A stretch of DNA of 64,000 nt from a bacterium (lineage in GTDB: Bacteria; Patescibacteriota; Minisyncoccia; UBA6257; Colwellbacteraceae): NCBI GenBank assembly GCA_029548485.1, contig JAKPNH010000008.1:1563-65562 (forward strand), in the 5' to 3' direction. The first letter of the stretch is position 1; each line of letters starts with the position of its first letter. The notes below the pieces were generated by a model. The model was not told the origin of the DNA. It did not search any database and saw nothing but the letters and a program-made list of their open reading frames with translations. The position numbers and the translations under genes are program-made. This document shows positions 8,178 to 18,628 of this stretch, in pieces.

Positions 8178-8861
8178 TTAGTCAACTTTTCCGCGGTTTC
8201 CGGAGTGCTTTTTCTCTCCCTCCCTAAGCCGCCAGTCGGCAATCGCCCGGTGGTCTCCTTGGATCAGGACTTTCGGGACTTTCCAGGCTTTTTTCTTCCG
8301 ATCGGGAACAAAAACCTCGGGCCGGGTGTAAACCGGATAAGATCCCTTGATTGCCTCGAGCGATTCGTATTTGCCCAAAACTCCGGGTACGAACCTCGAT
8401 ACCGCCTCGACCAAGACCATGGCCGGAAGTTCCCCGCCGGAGAGGACATAGTCGCCGATCGATATTTCCTCGTCCGCGACATGTTTCGCCACCCGTTCGT
8501 CCACCCCTTCGTAGCGGCCGCAGATCATAACCAGGCGATCGTATTTGGCGAGCCTGCGCGCGCCGGCTTTGTCCAGTTTTTTGGCCGACGGACTGAAAAG
8601 GATCACCCTTGTTTTTTTCCGGGATTTGGCCGAACTCAGGATTTTTTTCACTGCGCGGTAAATCGGACCGACCATAAGGACCATTCCCGGCCCCCCTCCG
8701 TAAGGCCGGTCGTCCACTTTGCCGTGATTGTCTCCGGAAAACGAACGCAAATCCCAGAGTTTGATGCGAATGAGTTTTTTTTCGGCCGCCCTTTTCAAGA
8801 TAGATTCGTTGAAATACGACTCGAAAGCTTTGGGAAAAATGGTGAGAATATCGAATTTCAT
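8178..8861 (-). CDS. trmD: tRNA (guanine-N1)-methyltransferase
   Basis: [22 protein letters not shown] and [11 protein letters not shown] motifs. Confidence 0.97.
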   Translation of the reverse strand: MKFDILTIFPKAFESYFNESILKRAAEKKLIRIKLWDLRSFSGDNHGKVDDRPYGGGPGMVLMVGPIYRAVKKILSSAKSRKKTRVILFSPSAKKLDKAGARRLAKYDRLVMICGRYEGVDERVAKHVADEEISIGDYVLSGGELPAMVLVEAVSRFVPGVLGKYESLEAIKGSYPVYTRPEVFVPDRKKKAWKVPKVLIQGDHRAIADWRLREGEKKHSGNRGKVD

Positions 8862-8872
8862 TTTTGTTTAAA

Positions 8873-8901
8873 ATCCGCCCCTGTATTTGAGAGGGGCGGA
8901 T
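8873..8901 (-). terminator. Hairpin/terminator between khpA and trmD
   Basis: atccgcccct...aggggcggat inverted repeat. Confidence 0.55.
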
Positions 8902-8912
8902 CGAGTTACGCG

Positions 8913-9239
8913 TTAGAAAGCGGTTTCGGACTGGTCCATGGATGCCGCGGCCGGCTCGGAGGATCTTTCTTCCCGGGGCGCTCGGCCGCCTTCCGGTTCT
9001 TCGATCTTCAGATTGACGCGGGCGTTGTTCTTGATGCCCACGATCCGAAGCAAAGATCTGATGGATTTGGCCGTATTCCCGTCGCGGCCGATCACCTGGC
9101 CCATGTCTCGCGGATTGACCTTTAGGGACAACAAAACTCCCATTTCGTCTATTTTCCTCGAGACGACGACGTCCTCCGGATGATCGACGATGGATTTAAC
9201 TAGGAATTCCAAAAACTCCTGGTCGGAAAACTTTTCCAT
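8913..9239 (-). CDS. khpA: KH-domain RNA-binding protein (KhpA/YlqC)
   Basis: IVDHPEDV and DMGQVIGRDGNTAKSIR; rpsP-khpA-trmD synteny. Confidence 0.9.
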   Translation of the reverse strand: MEKFSDQEFLEFLVKSIVDHPEDVVVSRKIDEMGVLLSLKVNPRDMGQVIGRDGNTAKSIRSLLRIVGIKNNARVNLKIEEPEGGRAPREERSSEPAAASMDQSETAF

Positions 9240-9276
9240 ATCTGCTATGTCTGCTTGTTTTTTATTTTTTTAAAGA

Positions 9277-9540
9277 TTATTTCGACTTTTTTGCGACTGA
9301 TACCTCTGGTCCCATCCCAGATTTCGCCATGAATCTCTTGACGGTCTCCGTGGCCCTGGCGCCGTTTTTTATCCAATAATTGATTCTGTCTTTCTTCAGT
9401 TCGAACTTGTCGGTGTGCGGGTTTACATAACCGAGATCTTCGATCGACTGTCCTTTCAGCTTTGACTTGGCTTCGGCCACGACCACGCGAAAAGCGGCCT
9501 GGCCCTTCTTTCCGATCCTTTTCAACTTGATGGCTAACAT
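9277..9540 (-). CDS. rpsP: 30S ribosomal protein S16
   Basis: IKLKRIGKK...FRVVV, IEDLGY.NP and YW..NGA..TETV. Confidence 0.95.
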   Translation of the reverse strand: MLAIKLKRIGKKGQAAFRVVVAEAKSKLKGQSIEDLGYVNPHTDKFELKKDRINYWIKNGARATETVKRFMAKSGMGPEVSVAKKSK

Positions 9541-9656
9541 GATCTTGTAAAGACAATATTACCCGAGAATCTCCGCGCAGTCAATCGGTAATAACTCTCA
9601 TCCTCCAAGGGAAGGGTTCTGTTTTTTATTATAACATATCGATCGACAAAAACCGA

Positions 9657-11750
9657 TCAAGAGAGTTTCAGAGATACGACTCTCGACACCCCGTCGTCTC
9701 CCATGGTCACGCCGTAGAGCACGTCCGCCGCCTCCATGGTCGCCCGATTGTGCGTGACGATCACGAACTGGGTTTCCTTGGCGTAATTTTTGAGAAGATC
9801 GCCGAACCTGCGGGCATTCCTCTCGTCGAGGGCCGCGTCCACTTCGTCCAACACGAGAAACGGCGGAGGAGAAATGGAAATAAGGGCGAAAAGAATGGCG
9901 ATCGAAAGAAGACTTCTTTCTCCGCCGGAAAGGACTTCTAATCCTTTTATTTTTTTCTTCGGCAAAACCACGTCGATCTCTATGCCCGGCCGGATTTCTT
10001 CCGTTTCTTCGGCCTGGCTCGAACCGACCTCGCCGATTGTTCCGGCCGCGTCTGTTTCCCGGATTCTTTCCAGCTTCAGCTCAGCTCGGCCGCCGCCGAA
10101 CATCAATTTGACGAAAGACTGAAGCTCGCCGTTGATCTTGTGGAGGGCGGCGTTGAATTCGTTCCTGATCTTAAAATCAAGGTCTTTGAGCAGGGTTTTC
10201 AGATCGGCCGAGGCCTTTTCCAAATCGGCGATCTGGTTGCTTAAAAAGGCGTGCCTTTCCTCGGTGGCCTCGGCTTCTTTGACGATCGCTTCGTCGACGT
10301 CTCCCATGCTCGAAAGCTCCGCCCGAAGACGCATCATCCGGGCTTCGGCCGTCCGCTCGTCCAGGCGGATGTCCGCCGCGGCCGAAACAAAATCCTCGAA
10401 TTTCCGGGAAATGGACCGGAGTTGGTTTTCCAACTCGGATTTTTGGAAAAGCGCTTTGTCTTTTTGGAAAATCAGCTGCTGTTTTTGGTCGTCGAGTTCC
10501 TCGATCTCGTCTTTTTTGGCTTCGACCTGCCGCAGGCTCTCCCGAAAAACCTTGTTGAAGCTGTCGAGTTCGGCTTGGTGTTTTTTCTCTTCTTCGTCGA
10601 GTTCGTCCATCAGCCGGTTGAATTCTTCGAGCTTTCCGTCGACGGCCTGCGCCACGGGCATAGCTTCGGCCGCGGCCGCGTTTTCTATGTCTTCGATAAG
10701 GCTCACGATTTTTTTCAAAACCGCTTTCGGGTCTTCTTCCAATCCGGAAGACAAAGCGGCTTCGGCCAGTTCCCTGATTTCCTTGAGCAAAGATTTCAAA
10801 TCGTTTTCCGCCGGAGCCGAAGCTTTCGATCTCTGCGCCGGTTGACCGGAAGAAGCCATTCTTTTGTTGAAAAGCTCCCGACGCTTGTTTCTTAAAGCCT
10901 CGAGTTCTTTTTTGGCCTTCGGTTCGGAAACCTCGATTTTTCTGAATTCCTGCTCCAGGACTTTTTGTTCGTTTTTAAGGCGATCGATTTCCTTGTCCAG
11001 TTTTTCGATTTCCGGATCGAAAGAGCGGAGGCTTTCCGTGATCATTCTGACGCGGCCGCTGTAATAGCTGTCCTCGATCTGCCGCAGTTCTTCGGCCAGG
11101 CTGTCGCGCTTGGTCCAACGCGAGACCTGGCGCCGCAGGCTGCGCAGGTGCGGCTCGATTTCGCCAAGCTGCGCCCGCGCTTTTTCCAGATTGAAAAAAG
11201 TGTTCTTCAGCTCTCTCGAGGCGGCGTTTTTCTTCAAGAGATATTCCTTGAGCCCCAGAAGCTCTTCGATCAGTTCGCGGCGTTCGAGTGGAGTCGATTT
11301 CAATATCAAATCGCTTTCCCCCTGCCCGATCATGTTTAGCCCTCTTGCTCCGAGCTTGGCTTTGGCGAAAAAATCGACGATGTCTTTCATCCTCATTTCC
11401 GATTGATTCAAGAAAAACTTGGAATCGCCGTCGCGGTCGATGCGGCGACTGATGACCACTTCTTTGAATTCGGTCGGGAAAAAACCGGAAGAATTGTCGA
11501 AATACAAAGAAGCGGTCGCCATGCCCATGCGCGCTTTTTTCTCCGTCCCGGCGAAAATCAGATCGTCGTTTTTCCCTCCTCGGAGATTCCTCGCTTCCCG
11601 TTCGCCCAAAAGCCAGCGGATGGCGTCCGCGATGTTCGATTTTCCCGAACCGTTCGGGCCGACCACGGCGGCGATGCCTCCGGGAAAATCCAGAACGGTT
11701 TTATTGGCGAAAGATTTGAATCCTTGCAGTTCGAGCTTCTGAAGAAACAT
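9657..11750 (-). CDS. smc: SMC-family ATPase, shortened (697 aa)
   Basis: GFKSF, Walker A GPNGSGKSN, DLIFAG, signature LSGGE, Walker B LDEVDAALD and ITH-like VTH motif; coiled coils in between. Confidence 0.88.
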   Translation of the reverse strand: MFLQKLELQGFKSFANKTVLDFPGGIAAVVGPNGSGKSNIADAIRWLLGEREARNLRGGKNDDLIFAGTEKKARMGMATASLYFDNSSGFFPTEFKEVVISRRIDRDGDSKFFLNQSEMRMKDIVDFFAKAKLGARGLNMIGQGESDLILKSTPLERRELIEELLGLKEYLLKKNAASRELKNTFFNLEKARAQLGEIEPHLRSLRRQVSRWTKRDSLAEELRQIEDSYYSGRVRMITESLRSFDPEIEKLDKEIDRLKNEQKVLEQEFRKIEVSEPKAKKELEALRNKRRELFNKRMASSGQPAQRSKASAPAENDLKSLLKEIRELAEAALSSGLEEDPKAVLKKIVSLIEDIENAAAAEAMPVAQAVDGKLEEFNRLMDELDEEEKKHQAELDSFNKVFRESLRQVEAKKDEIEELDDQKQQLIFQKDKALFQKSELENQLRSISRKFEDFVSAAADIRLDERTAEARMMRLRAELSSMGDVDEAIVKEAEATEERHAFLSNQIADLEKASADLKTLLKDLDFKIRNEFNAALHKINGELQSFVKLMFGGGRAELKLERIRETDAAGTIGEVGSSQAEETEEIRPGIEIDVVLPKKKIKGLEVLSGGERSLLSIAILFALISISPPPFLVLDEVDAALDERNARRFGDLLKNYAKETQFVIVTHNRATMEAADVLYGVTMGDDGVSRVVSLKLS

Positions 11751-11795
11751 GATATCGTTTGAACCTTTGAATTATAGCTCAAAAACCGTCCCGGT

Positions 11796-12800
11796 TCATC
11801 CGTGCCTGACGACAACGACATCCCCGTCTTCGACCGCGTAATCTTTGCCTTCGAGCCGGATCCAACCTTTTTGCCTGGCGTTCAGCCAGCCGCCGGCTTC
11901 GACCAGCTTCAGATATTCGACCACCTCCAGCCGGATGAAGTTCTTCTCGAAATCGGTATGGATCGTTCCGGCCGCCTGCGGGGCCTTGGTTCCTTTTTCG
12001 ACGGTCCAGGCGCGGGTTTCGTCCTCGCCGGTCGTGAAAAAACTGATCAGTCCCAAGACTTCGTAGGATTTCCTGATAAGCTCGGAAAGATCGGTCGAAG
12101 TAGCGAGATCCTGAACGACGAAATCGGCGTTCAAAGATTTTATTTTTCCCCTCAATTCCGGCTTGATATCTTCGAGTCCGCCGTTCAAAAGATAAATCTG
12201 CGGCTTGGCGGTCAAAAAACCGAGTTCTTTGACGATCGGTTCGCTTTTGACGTCCACTAGATTGACAATCAGATTTCCGGTTTCCAGGCCCGCTTTTATT
12301 TTTTTCAAAACCTCGAGCTCGCGGATTTTCTGCTTGTCTCCGGTGCGCGCCTCTCTCTCGAGGCTTCCCAGGCGCTTCCCAGTTGTTTCCAGGTCCTTGA
12401 AAACCAACTCGGTATTGATGATGTCGATATCGCGGATCGGATCGATTCCGTTTTCCACGTGGATGATCTCCGAAGACTCGAAACACCGAACCACCTGGAC
12501 AATGGCGTTCGTTTCCCTGATATTCGCCAAGAACTGGTTTCCCAGCCCTTCGCCCTGGTAGGCGTTTTTGACCAGGCCGGCGATGTCGTAAAACTCGACG
12601 ACCGCCGGAATCTTTTTCTTGGAAACGCTCATCTCGGCGAGCGTGTCGAGCCGGCGGTCGGGCACGGCCACCACGCCCACGTTCGGATCGATGGTGGCGA
12701 AAGGATAATTGGCGATATTCACCTCCTGCTTGGTCAGAGCTTTGAAAAGCGTGCTTTTTCCGACATTGGGCAAACCCACTATGCCGATAGAGAGTTTCAT
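11796..12800 (-). CDS. ychF: Redox-regulated ATPase YchF
   Basis: GIVGLPNVGKST, NYPFATIDPN, DIAGLV, GEGLGNQFL and a C-terminal TGS domain. Confidence 0.96.
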   Translation of the reverse strand: MKLSIGIVGLPNVGKSTLFKALTKQEVNIANYPFATIDPNVGVVAVPDRRLDTLAEMSVSKKKIPAVVEFYDIAGLVKNAYQGEGLGNQFLANIRETNAIVQVVRCFESSEIIHVENGIDPIRDIDIINTELVFKDLETTGKRLGSLEREARTGDKQKIRELEVLKKIKAGLETGNLIVNLVDVKSEPIVKELGFLTAKPQIYLLNGGLEDIKPELRGKIKSLNADFVVQDLATSTDLSELIRKSYEVLGLISFFTTGEDETRAWTVEKGTKAPQAAGTIHTDFEKNFIRLEVVEYLKLVEAGGWLNARQKGWIRLEGKDYAVEDGDVVVVRHG

Positions 12801-12982
12801 TGCAATTCAGTGTAGCCAAAAACAGTTTTGATGACAAACAAAACCGCCTCCGCGCTTTGAACGTTCACCACGCCAACTATCATCGAGGCCGCCGATATCG
12901 AAACAGATGGCGAATCCGTAAGCCTCGTCCGATTGTCCTTGCGTCCCCTCTTCTATATAATTCGATATGATTTTTTAACCGT

Positions 12983-14002
12983 ATGCCTTATCCGAACTTC
13001 AAGAAAAACAGCCGATTCGTCGAAGCGACGGCGCCGGGCAGAATCTGCTTGGCGGGAGAAGATATCGATTGGACAACGGGTCCGTCTGTTTTGTGCGCGA
13101 TAGATCTTAAAATAACGGTCAAGGTCTCCGAACGGAAAGCCGATTATCATCTGAAAACTTCGGGGCCGTTGAATTCGGAAATCGTTTTATCCAAAGAACA
13201 AATCGGGAAATACTCTCGGCAAATCCTCGACTACACCAATGCCTCGATCAAGGTCATCGATGATTTGGGGGTCGACGCGGCTCCGGTTTCCGTGGAAATC
13301 AAAAGTAATCTTCCGGCCAAGTCCGGGTTGAGCAGCAGCGCGGCCGTTTCCGTGGCGAGCGTCGCCGCTCTGGCTAGATTTTACGGATTGAGCCTCGATA
13401 CCGCAACCGTTTGCGATTTAGCCTATAAGGTCGAAGCTGAAGAACTGCGGACCGGCGCCGGGCAGATGGATTTGTATTCGTCAGGAATGGGCGGGCTTAT
13501 CTATCTCGACAACTCAACCGAACCTCCGTCGGATATGGAAAGGTTTGTTTTACCCGACGACATCGATATCGTGATCGCCGACACGCTTGTCCCGCGAAAC
13601 ACCGCCGATGTCATCCGCGAAAAAAGAAAAAGGTTCGAGAGAAAAGAACCGTCGATACTGAAATATATCGAGACTACCACCGATGCGATCCGGCAGATGA
13701 GGAGTTTTTTGAAATCCGAGGTTCCGGACTTCGAAAACATCGGCTCCATCGTCACCCGCTGCCATCGGCTTATCCGGGATTATATGGGAGTCTCGACCGA
13801 TTTGATCGAAAAATGCGTCGACCTGTCCCTGGAAAACGGAGCGCTCGGCGCAAAACTGACCGGCACCGGCATGGGCGGATGCATGTTCGCTTTGGTCAAA
13901 AAAGAAAATACTCCGGCGCTTGTCGGCTCCCTAAGCCGGCTTCCGGTCAAAATCTACGTCACCCGTCAGGCCGAATCCGGCCTCGTTGTTTCGGAAAATT
14001 AG
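12983..14002 (+). CDS. GHMP-family kinase (galactokinase/mevalonate-kinase-like)
   Basis: APGRICLAGEDID, P.KSGLSSSAA, GQMD and GAKLTGTGMGG motifs. Confidence 0.85.
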   Translation: MPYPNFKKNSRFVEATAPGRICLAGEDIDWTTGPSVLCAIDLKITVKVSERKADYHLKTSGPLNSEIVLSKEQIGKYSRQILDYTNASIKVIDDLGVDAAPVSVEIKSNLPAKSGLSSSAAVSVASVAALARFYGLSLDTATVCDLAYKVEAEELRTGAGQMDLYSSGMGGLIYLDNSTEPPSDMERFVLPDDIDIVIADTLVPRNTADVIREKRKRFERKEPSILKYIETTTDAIRQMRSFLKSEVPDFENIGSIVTRCHRLIRDYMGVSTDLIEKCVDLSLENGALGAKLTGTGMGGCMFALVKKENTPALVGSLSRLPVKIYVTRQAESGLVVSEN

Positions 14003-15183
14003 CCGAGGAACTTCCTTTCCCTCAACCGTTTGTGGTAGCCGATGGCGAATCTGTGGGCTTCGTCGCGGAGCTTCAGCAAATCGTTTTTGGAAACGGCTTT
14101 CGGGATGACTCCGATGATCCGGTCGGCTTTTCTCGACGGCCCTTTGGCTATTCCCAGGATCGGGATTTTCAATCCGGCTTCGGCCAAGGCTTTTTTCGCG
14201 GCCGACATCTGGCCGAGACCGCCGTCGACCAAAATCAAGTCCGGCAAAGGCCAATCGTTCTTAAACCTGCGGCCGATGATTTCTTTCATCATTCCGGTGT
14301 CGTCCGCCTGTTTTATCGTCCTTATCCTGAACTTGCGGTATTCGTTCGGATTCAAATCCCCGTTTTCCCAAACCGCCATGCTGCCCACGGCCGAATCCCC
14401 GGAAATGTTGGAAACGTCGTATCCTTCGACGCGGAATTCGACTTTTTCCCCGGTCGGAAGATCGGAATCCCTGATCAGGGCGATATCCTGGATATGGTTC
14501 AAGCTGAAAATCTGGCGCTTGATCTTTTCGGCTTTCTCAAAATCAAGCGCTTCCGACGCCCTGGACATTTCTTTTTCCAGATTTTTGATCAAGGCTTTTT
14601 TTCTGCCTTTCAAGAACATCTTCAAGTTCGCAATGTTCTTGCGGTAGCCGGCTTTGTCCGCGCGTCCGACGCATGTTCCCGGACAAAGGCCGATTTCGAA
14701 ATCAAAGCACGGCCGCTTGAATTTTCCGATTTTTTCCGGCGGATGGATGTTCCATGGGAAAATCCTTCTCAAGATTTTCCCCGCATCCCTCACGGAAGAA
14801 GCCGAAGTGAACGGCCCGAACCTCTCGCCCTTTTTCGCTTCCCGGCCGCGGACGAGCATCACCCGCGGATAAGCTTCTTTGGTGATCTCGAAATAAAGGA
14901 AACTCTTGTCGTCCTTGTCCTTGATGTTGAAAAACGGCCGGTATTTTTTGATCAGTTCGGCTTCGAGGATAAGAGCCTCCAGGGCGGTGTCGGTTCGGCG
15001 ATAATCTATTTTTTTGATTTCCGAAACCAATTTTTCCAAACGGCTGTCGTGCGGACGCGTGAAATAACTCGAAACCCTCCGTTTCAAGTTGGCCGCTTTT
15101 CCGACATAGATGATCTCTCCGCGGCTGTTTCGCATCAAATACACTCCGGGAGTGTCGGGAAGGTTTTCGTAAAGTTTTTTCAT
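13999..15183 (-). CDS. uvrC: Excinuclease ABC subunit C (short; no C-terminal HhH)
   Basis: GIY-YIG (PGVY...IYVGKA.NL..RV), UVR motif, and RNase-H-like domain (EGYDVSN, PDLILVDGG.GQ, RDEAHRFA). Confidence 0.93.
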   Translation of the reverse strand: MKKLYENLPDTPGVYLMRNSRGEIIYVGKAANLKRRVSSYFTRPHDSRLEKLVSEIKKIDYRRTDTALEALILEAELIKKYRPFFNIKDKDDKSFLYFEITKEAYPRVMLVRGREAKKGERFGPFTSASSVRDAGKILRRIFPWNIHPPEKIGKFKRPCFDFEIGLCPGTCVGRADKAGYRKNIANLKMFLKGRKKALIKNLEKEMSRASEALDFEKAEKIKRQIFSLNHIQDIALIRDSDLPTGEKVEFRVEGYDVSNISGDSAVGSMAVWENGDLNPNEYRKFRIRTIKQADDTGMMKEIIGRRFKNDWPLPDLILVDGGLGQMSAAKKALAEAGLKIPILGIAKGPSRKADRIIGVIPKAVSKNDLLKLRDEAHRFAIGYHKRLRERKFLG

Positions 15184-15184
15184 T

Positions 15185-16057
15185 TCAGTCGAGGCCGAAA
15201 AGAAAATCCAGGAAAATCTGGAGGCCGGTTTTGGCGGCCGGTTCGTATCCGGTTTTCTCGAAAATCAGCGCCTTATTGGAGTAGGCTTCGCGATAGCCGG
15301 AGGCGATGATGTCTTTCGGATCGCCGAATCCGAGCCAATCGTAGCCCGCCACCGCCGGCCGGAGCGCGATGTCGGCGTTATGTTTCAAGATCTCTTTGGA
15401 AATCTGCTGATTCATGGCCGCGAGCATGTTGCTCAAGGCGCCGTAAAAACCCTGCCATCCGATGCCCTTGGTCAGATCCGCGGAAATATCCACCCATTTG
15501 GCGGAAACGTCGACGGCGATGACGACGTCGGCTCCCATTTGTTTCACGATGTCCGCCGGAATGGGCCTCGACAATCCGCCGTCGACAAGCAGCCGTCCGT
15601 CGATCTCCACGGGCTGGAAAATCATCGGAACGCTGGCGCTCGCTTTTACCGCCGGAGCCATCAGCCCTTGATCAAGGCTGACTTCGTCTCCGGTCTTGAA
15701 GTCGGTCACGACCGCCTTGAAAGGCACGCGGCAATCTTCGAATTTCGCCTCCCCAAAGAATTCGTCGATCGTCTCTAGCATCGGCTGGTTTTTCGTGATC
15801 GACTTCGCGGATTTTCCGGCGAGGACGTTCACCACTTTCAAGTTTCTCCCCTCGAGTCCTTTTATCTTACTCTCGATGGATTCGACGGACTCGGTCAAGG
15901 CGTAGAGTCCGCCAATGATCGCTCCCATGCTCGTGCCGGCGACGAAATCGATCGGTATTCCCAAATCCTTCAAGGCCTTGATGACGCCGATGTGGGCGAA
16001 GCCTCTGGCTCCGCCTCCGCCTAGAGCCAATCCGACTTTTTTCCGCGTTTTTTCCAT
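15185..16057 (-). CDS. Patatin-like phospholipase (NTE/RssA family)
   Basis: GGGGARG, GTSMG and DGG motifs. Confidence 0.92.
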   Translation of the reverse strand: MEKTRKKVGLALGGGGARGFAHIGVIKALKDLGIPIDFVAGTSMGAIIGGLYALTESVESIESKIKGLEGRNLKVVNVLAGKSAKSITKNQPMLETIDEFFGEAKFEDCRVPFKAVVTDFKTGDEVSLDQGLMAPAVKASASVPMIFQPVEIDGRLLVDGGLSRPIPADIVKQMGADVVIAVDVSAKWVDISADLTKGIGWQGFYGALSNMLAAMNQQISKEILKHNADIALRPAVAGYDWLGFGDPKDIIASGYREAYSNKALIFEKTGYEPAAKTGLQIFLDFLFGLD

Positions 16058-16100
16058 GATTATTATCCGAATTCTACCTTAAAACCCGTTGATTTAGAAA

Positions 16101-18626
16101 CTAGCGGTCAAGCGCTTTTTTCAGGTATTCTCCGGTGTAGCTTCCTTTTTTCCTCGCCACCTCTTCCGGAGTGCCGAAAGCCACCACTCGGCCGCCGTTT
16201 TCTCCGCCTTCGGGACCGAGATCGATCACCCAGTCCGCGGATTTGATGATGTCGAGGTTGTGCTCGATGACGACCGCCGTATTCCCCCTGTCGACCAGAC
16301 GTTGGATGACTTCCAAGAGTTTTTTGACGTCCTCGAAATGGAGCCCGGTGGTCGGCTCGTCCAAAAGATAAAGCGTCCTTCTCGTGTCGCGCTTGCCGAG
16401 TTCGGCCGCCAGTTTGATGCGCTGGGCTTCGCCGCCGGAAAGGGTCGTCGCCGATTGGCCGAGTTTGACGTATCCCATGCCGACTTCGTCCAAGATTTTC
16501 AGCTTGTCGCGGAGCCAAGGAATGTCTTTGAAGAACTTGACCGCTTCCTCGATCGACATCTCCAAGATGTCGTAGATGTTTTTTTCGCGGTATTCGACTT
16601 CCAAAGTTTCGCGGTCGAATCTTTTTCCCTTGCAAACATCGCAAGAGACGTAGACCGTCGGCAAAAAGTGCATTTCGATGGCGATGTATCCGTGGCCTTC
16701 GCAATGCTCGCACCGACCTCCGCGGACGTTGAAGCTGAACCGTCCGGGCTTCCAGCCGCGGATCCTCGCGTCTTCGGTCGAAGCGAAAAGCTCGCGGATA
16801 TCGCTCCAGGCGCCGATGTAGGTTGCCGGATTGGAACGCGGAGTCCGCCCGATCGGAGACTGGTCGATATTAACTACCCGGTTCAAGTATTCGAGCCCCA
16901 TGATCGCCTTCAGGGCTCCGGGCTTGAAGCTCGCGTGGTTCAATTTGTTGGCCACGGCTTTATACAAAACATCGTAGACTAAGGTGCTTTTGCCGGAACC
17001 GGAAACCCCGGTGACGGCCGTGAACCGGCCGACCGGAATATCGACGTTGATGTCCTGGAGATTGTTCTCCGTCACTCCGCGGAGCTTCAGGGTCGGGACG
17101 TCCTTGATCCCGCGGCGTTTGACGGGAATGTCTATCTCTTCCTCTTTGCGCAAATACCGCAAAGTGAGTGAATCCTTTTTCTTGTCCTTGAATATTTCCG
17201 GAATCGGGCCTTCGGCGACAATACGGCCTCCGTTTACGCCCGCCGCCGGCCCGAAATCGACGAGATAATCCGACGACCTGATGGTTTCTTCGTCGTGTTC
17301 GACGATGATGATGGAATTTCCGAGATCGCGAAGCTCGTGGAGCGTATTGATCAGCTTCTCGTTGTCGCGCTGATGGAGCCCGATCGTCGGCTCGTCGAGA
17401 ATATAGAGGGTACCAACGAGCCGCGACCCTATCTGGGAAGCAAGACGGATCCGCTGGGATTCTCCGCCGGACAAAGTGCCGGCCTTCCTGTCCAAAGTGA
17501 GGTAATCGAGCCCAACGTCGTACATGAACTTCAATCTCGCCGAAATCTCGCGCAAAGGAACTTCGGCGATCTCTTTCTGCTTGGCGGTCATTTTTTCTCC
17601 GAGACTCCGGAAAAATCCCTGGGCTTCTCCGATCGACATCCCCGTCACTTCGCTGATGTTTTTGTTCTCCACGAGAACGCTCAAGGCTTCGGGCCGCAGA
17701 CGGCGTCCGCGGCAGACCTCGCAAACATCGTCGGACCAGATGTCTTTGACGCCCAATCCGTGGCAGGCTTCGCAAGAGCCATAAGGGCTGTTAAAGGAAA
17801 AAAGCCTCGGCTCTATTTCCGGGAAAGAGAAGCTGTCCCGCGGACAAGAAAATTTGGCCGAAAAGCTCGCTTCCCGGTCGGCGTTCCTGAAAACGACCGT
17901 GTCTTCGGCGTGCTTCAATGAGGCTTCGACCGCCTCGCTCAAACGCAGACGGTTGTCTTTGTTTTTTAAGTCGAGGCCGGCCGGCAAGCGGTCGATTAGA
18001 ATCTCGATCATGTGCTGCTTGTAGCGCTCCATTCTTATTTTGTCGCGGAGCGACCGCATTTCGCCGTCGATCCTCGCCTCGCGGTATCCGGCCGACAAAA
18101 AGTCGTAAAGCATTTGGTAATATTCCCCTTTCCGGCCGCGGACCACCGGACTGAAAACGATCAATTCTTTCTCCAACCTGCCCTTCGGCGCGGAAAAAGC
18201 GATGGCGGCGTCGACGATCTCCTCGAGGCTCATCTTTTTGATCTCCTGGCCGCAGATCGGACAAAAAGGCGTTCCGGCCCGGCTCCACAAAACCCTCAGA
18301 TAATCGTAGATCTCGGTGATGGTCGCCACGGTCGAACGCGGATTCGAAGAATGCGCTTTCTGATCGATGGAAATCGCCGGAGACAACCCCTCGATCTCGT
18401 CGACGTCCGGCTTGTCGAGCCTGCCCAAAAACTGCCTGGCGTAAGCCGACAAAGACTCGACGTAGCGGCGCTGGCCTTCGGCGAAAATGGTGTCGAAAGC
18501 AAGGGAAGATTTTCCCGATCCGGAAAGACCGGTGAAAACGACCATTTTATTCCGGGGAATCTCAAGATCGATGTTTTTCAGATTATGCTCCCGCGCTCCC
18601 TTGATGATGATTCTGTCTTTGTTCAT
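16101..18626 (-). CDS. uvrA: Excinuclease ABC subunit A
   Basis: GAREHNLKN, two Walker A motifs ([18 protein letters not shown]), LSGGE signatures and zinc fingers. Confidence 0.97.
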   Translation of the reverse strand: MNKDRIIIKGAREHNLKNIDLEIPRNKMVVFTGLSGSGKSSLAFDTIFAEGQRRYVESLSAYARQFLGRLDKPDVDEIEGLSPAISIDQKAHSSNPRSTVATITEIYDYLRVLWSRAGTPFCPICGQEIKKMSLEEIVDAAIAFSAPKGRLEKELIVFSPVVRGRKGEYYQMLYDFLSAGYREARIDGEMRSLRDKIRMERYKQHMIEILIDRLPAGLDLKNKDNRLRLSEAVEASLKHAEDTVVFRNADREASFSAKFSCPRDSFSFPEIEPRLFSFNSPYGSCEACHGLGVKDIWSDDVCEVCRGRRLRPEALSVLVENKNISEVTGMSIGEAQGFFRSLGEKMTAKQKEIAEVPLREISARLKFMYDVGLDYLTLDRKAGTLSGGESQRIRLASQIGSRLVGTLYILDEPTIGLHQRDNEKLINTLHELRDLGNSIIIVEHDEETIRSSDYLVDFGPAAGVNGGRIVAEGPIPEIFKDKKKDSLTLRYLRKEEEIDIPVKRRGIKDVPTLKLRGVTENNLQDINVDIPVGRFTAVTGVSGSGKSTLVYDVLYKAVANKLNHASFKPGALKAIMGLEYLNRVVNIDQSPIGRTPRSNPATYIGAWSDIRELFASTEDARIRGWKPGRFSFNVRGGRCEHCEGHGYIAIEMHFLPTVYVSCDVCKGKRFDRETLEVEYREKNIYDILEMSIEEAVKFFKDIPWLRDKLKILDEVGMGYVKLGQSATTLSGGEAQRIKLAAELGKRDTRRTLYLLDEPTTGLHFEDVKKLLEVIQRLVDRGNTAVVIEHNLDIIKSADWVIDLGPEGGENGGRVVAFGTPEEVARKKGSYTGEYLKKALDR

Positions 18627-18628
18627 TT

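Noticed and set aside
9560-9656. Possible small RNA between smc and rpsP (TGtTATAAT followed by a weak hairpin)
   Set aside because: The hairpin is short and imperfect; tandem promoters for rpsP explain the region.
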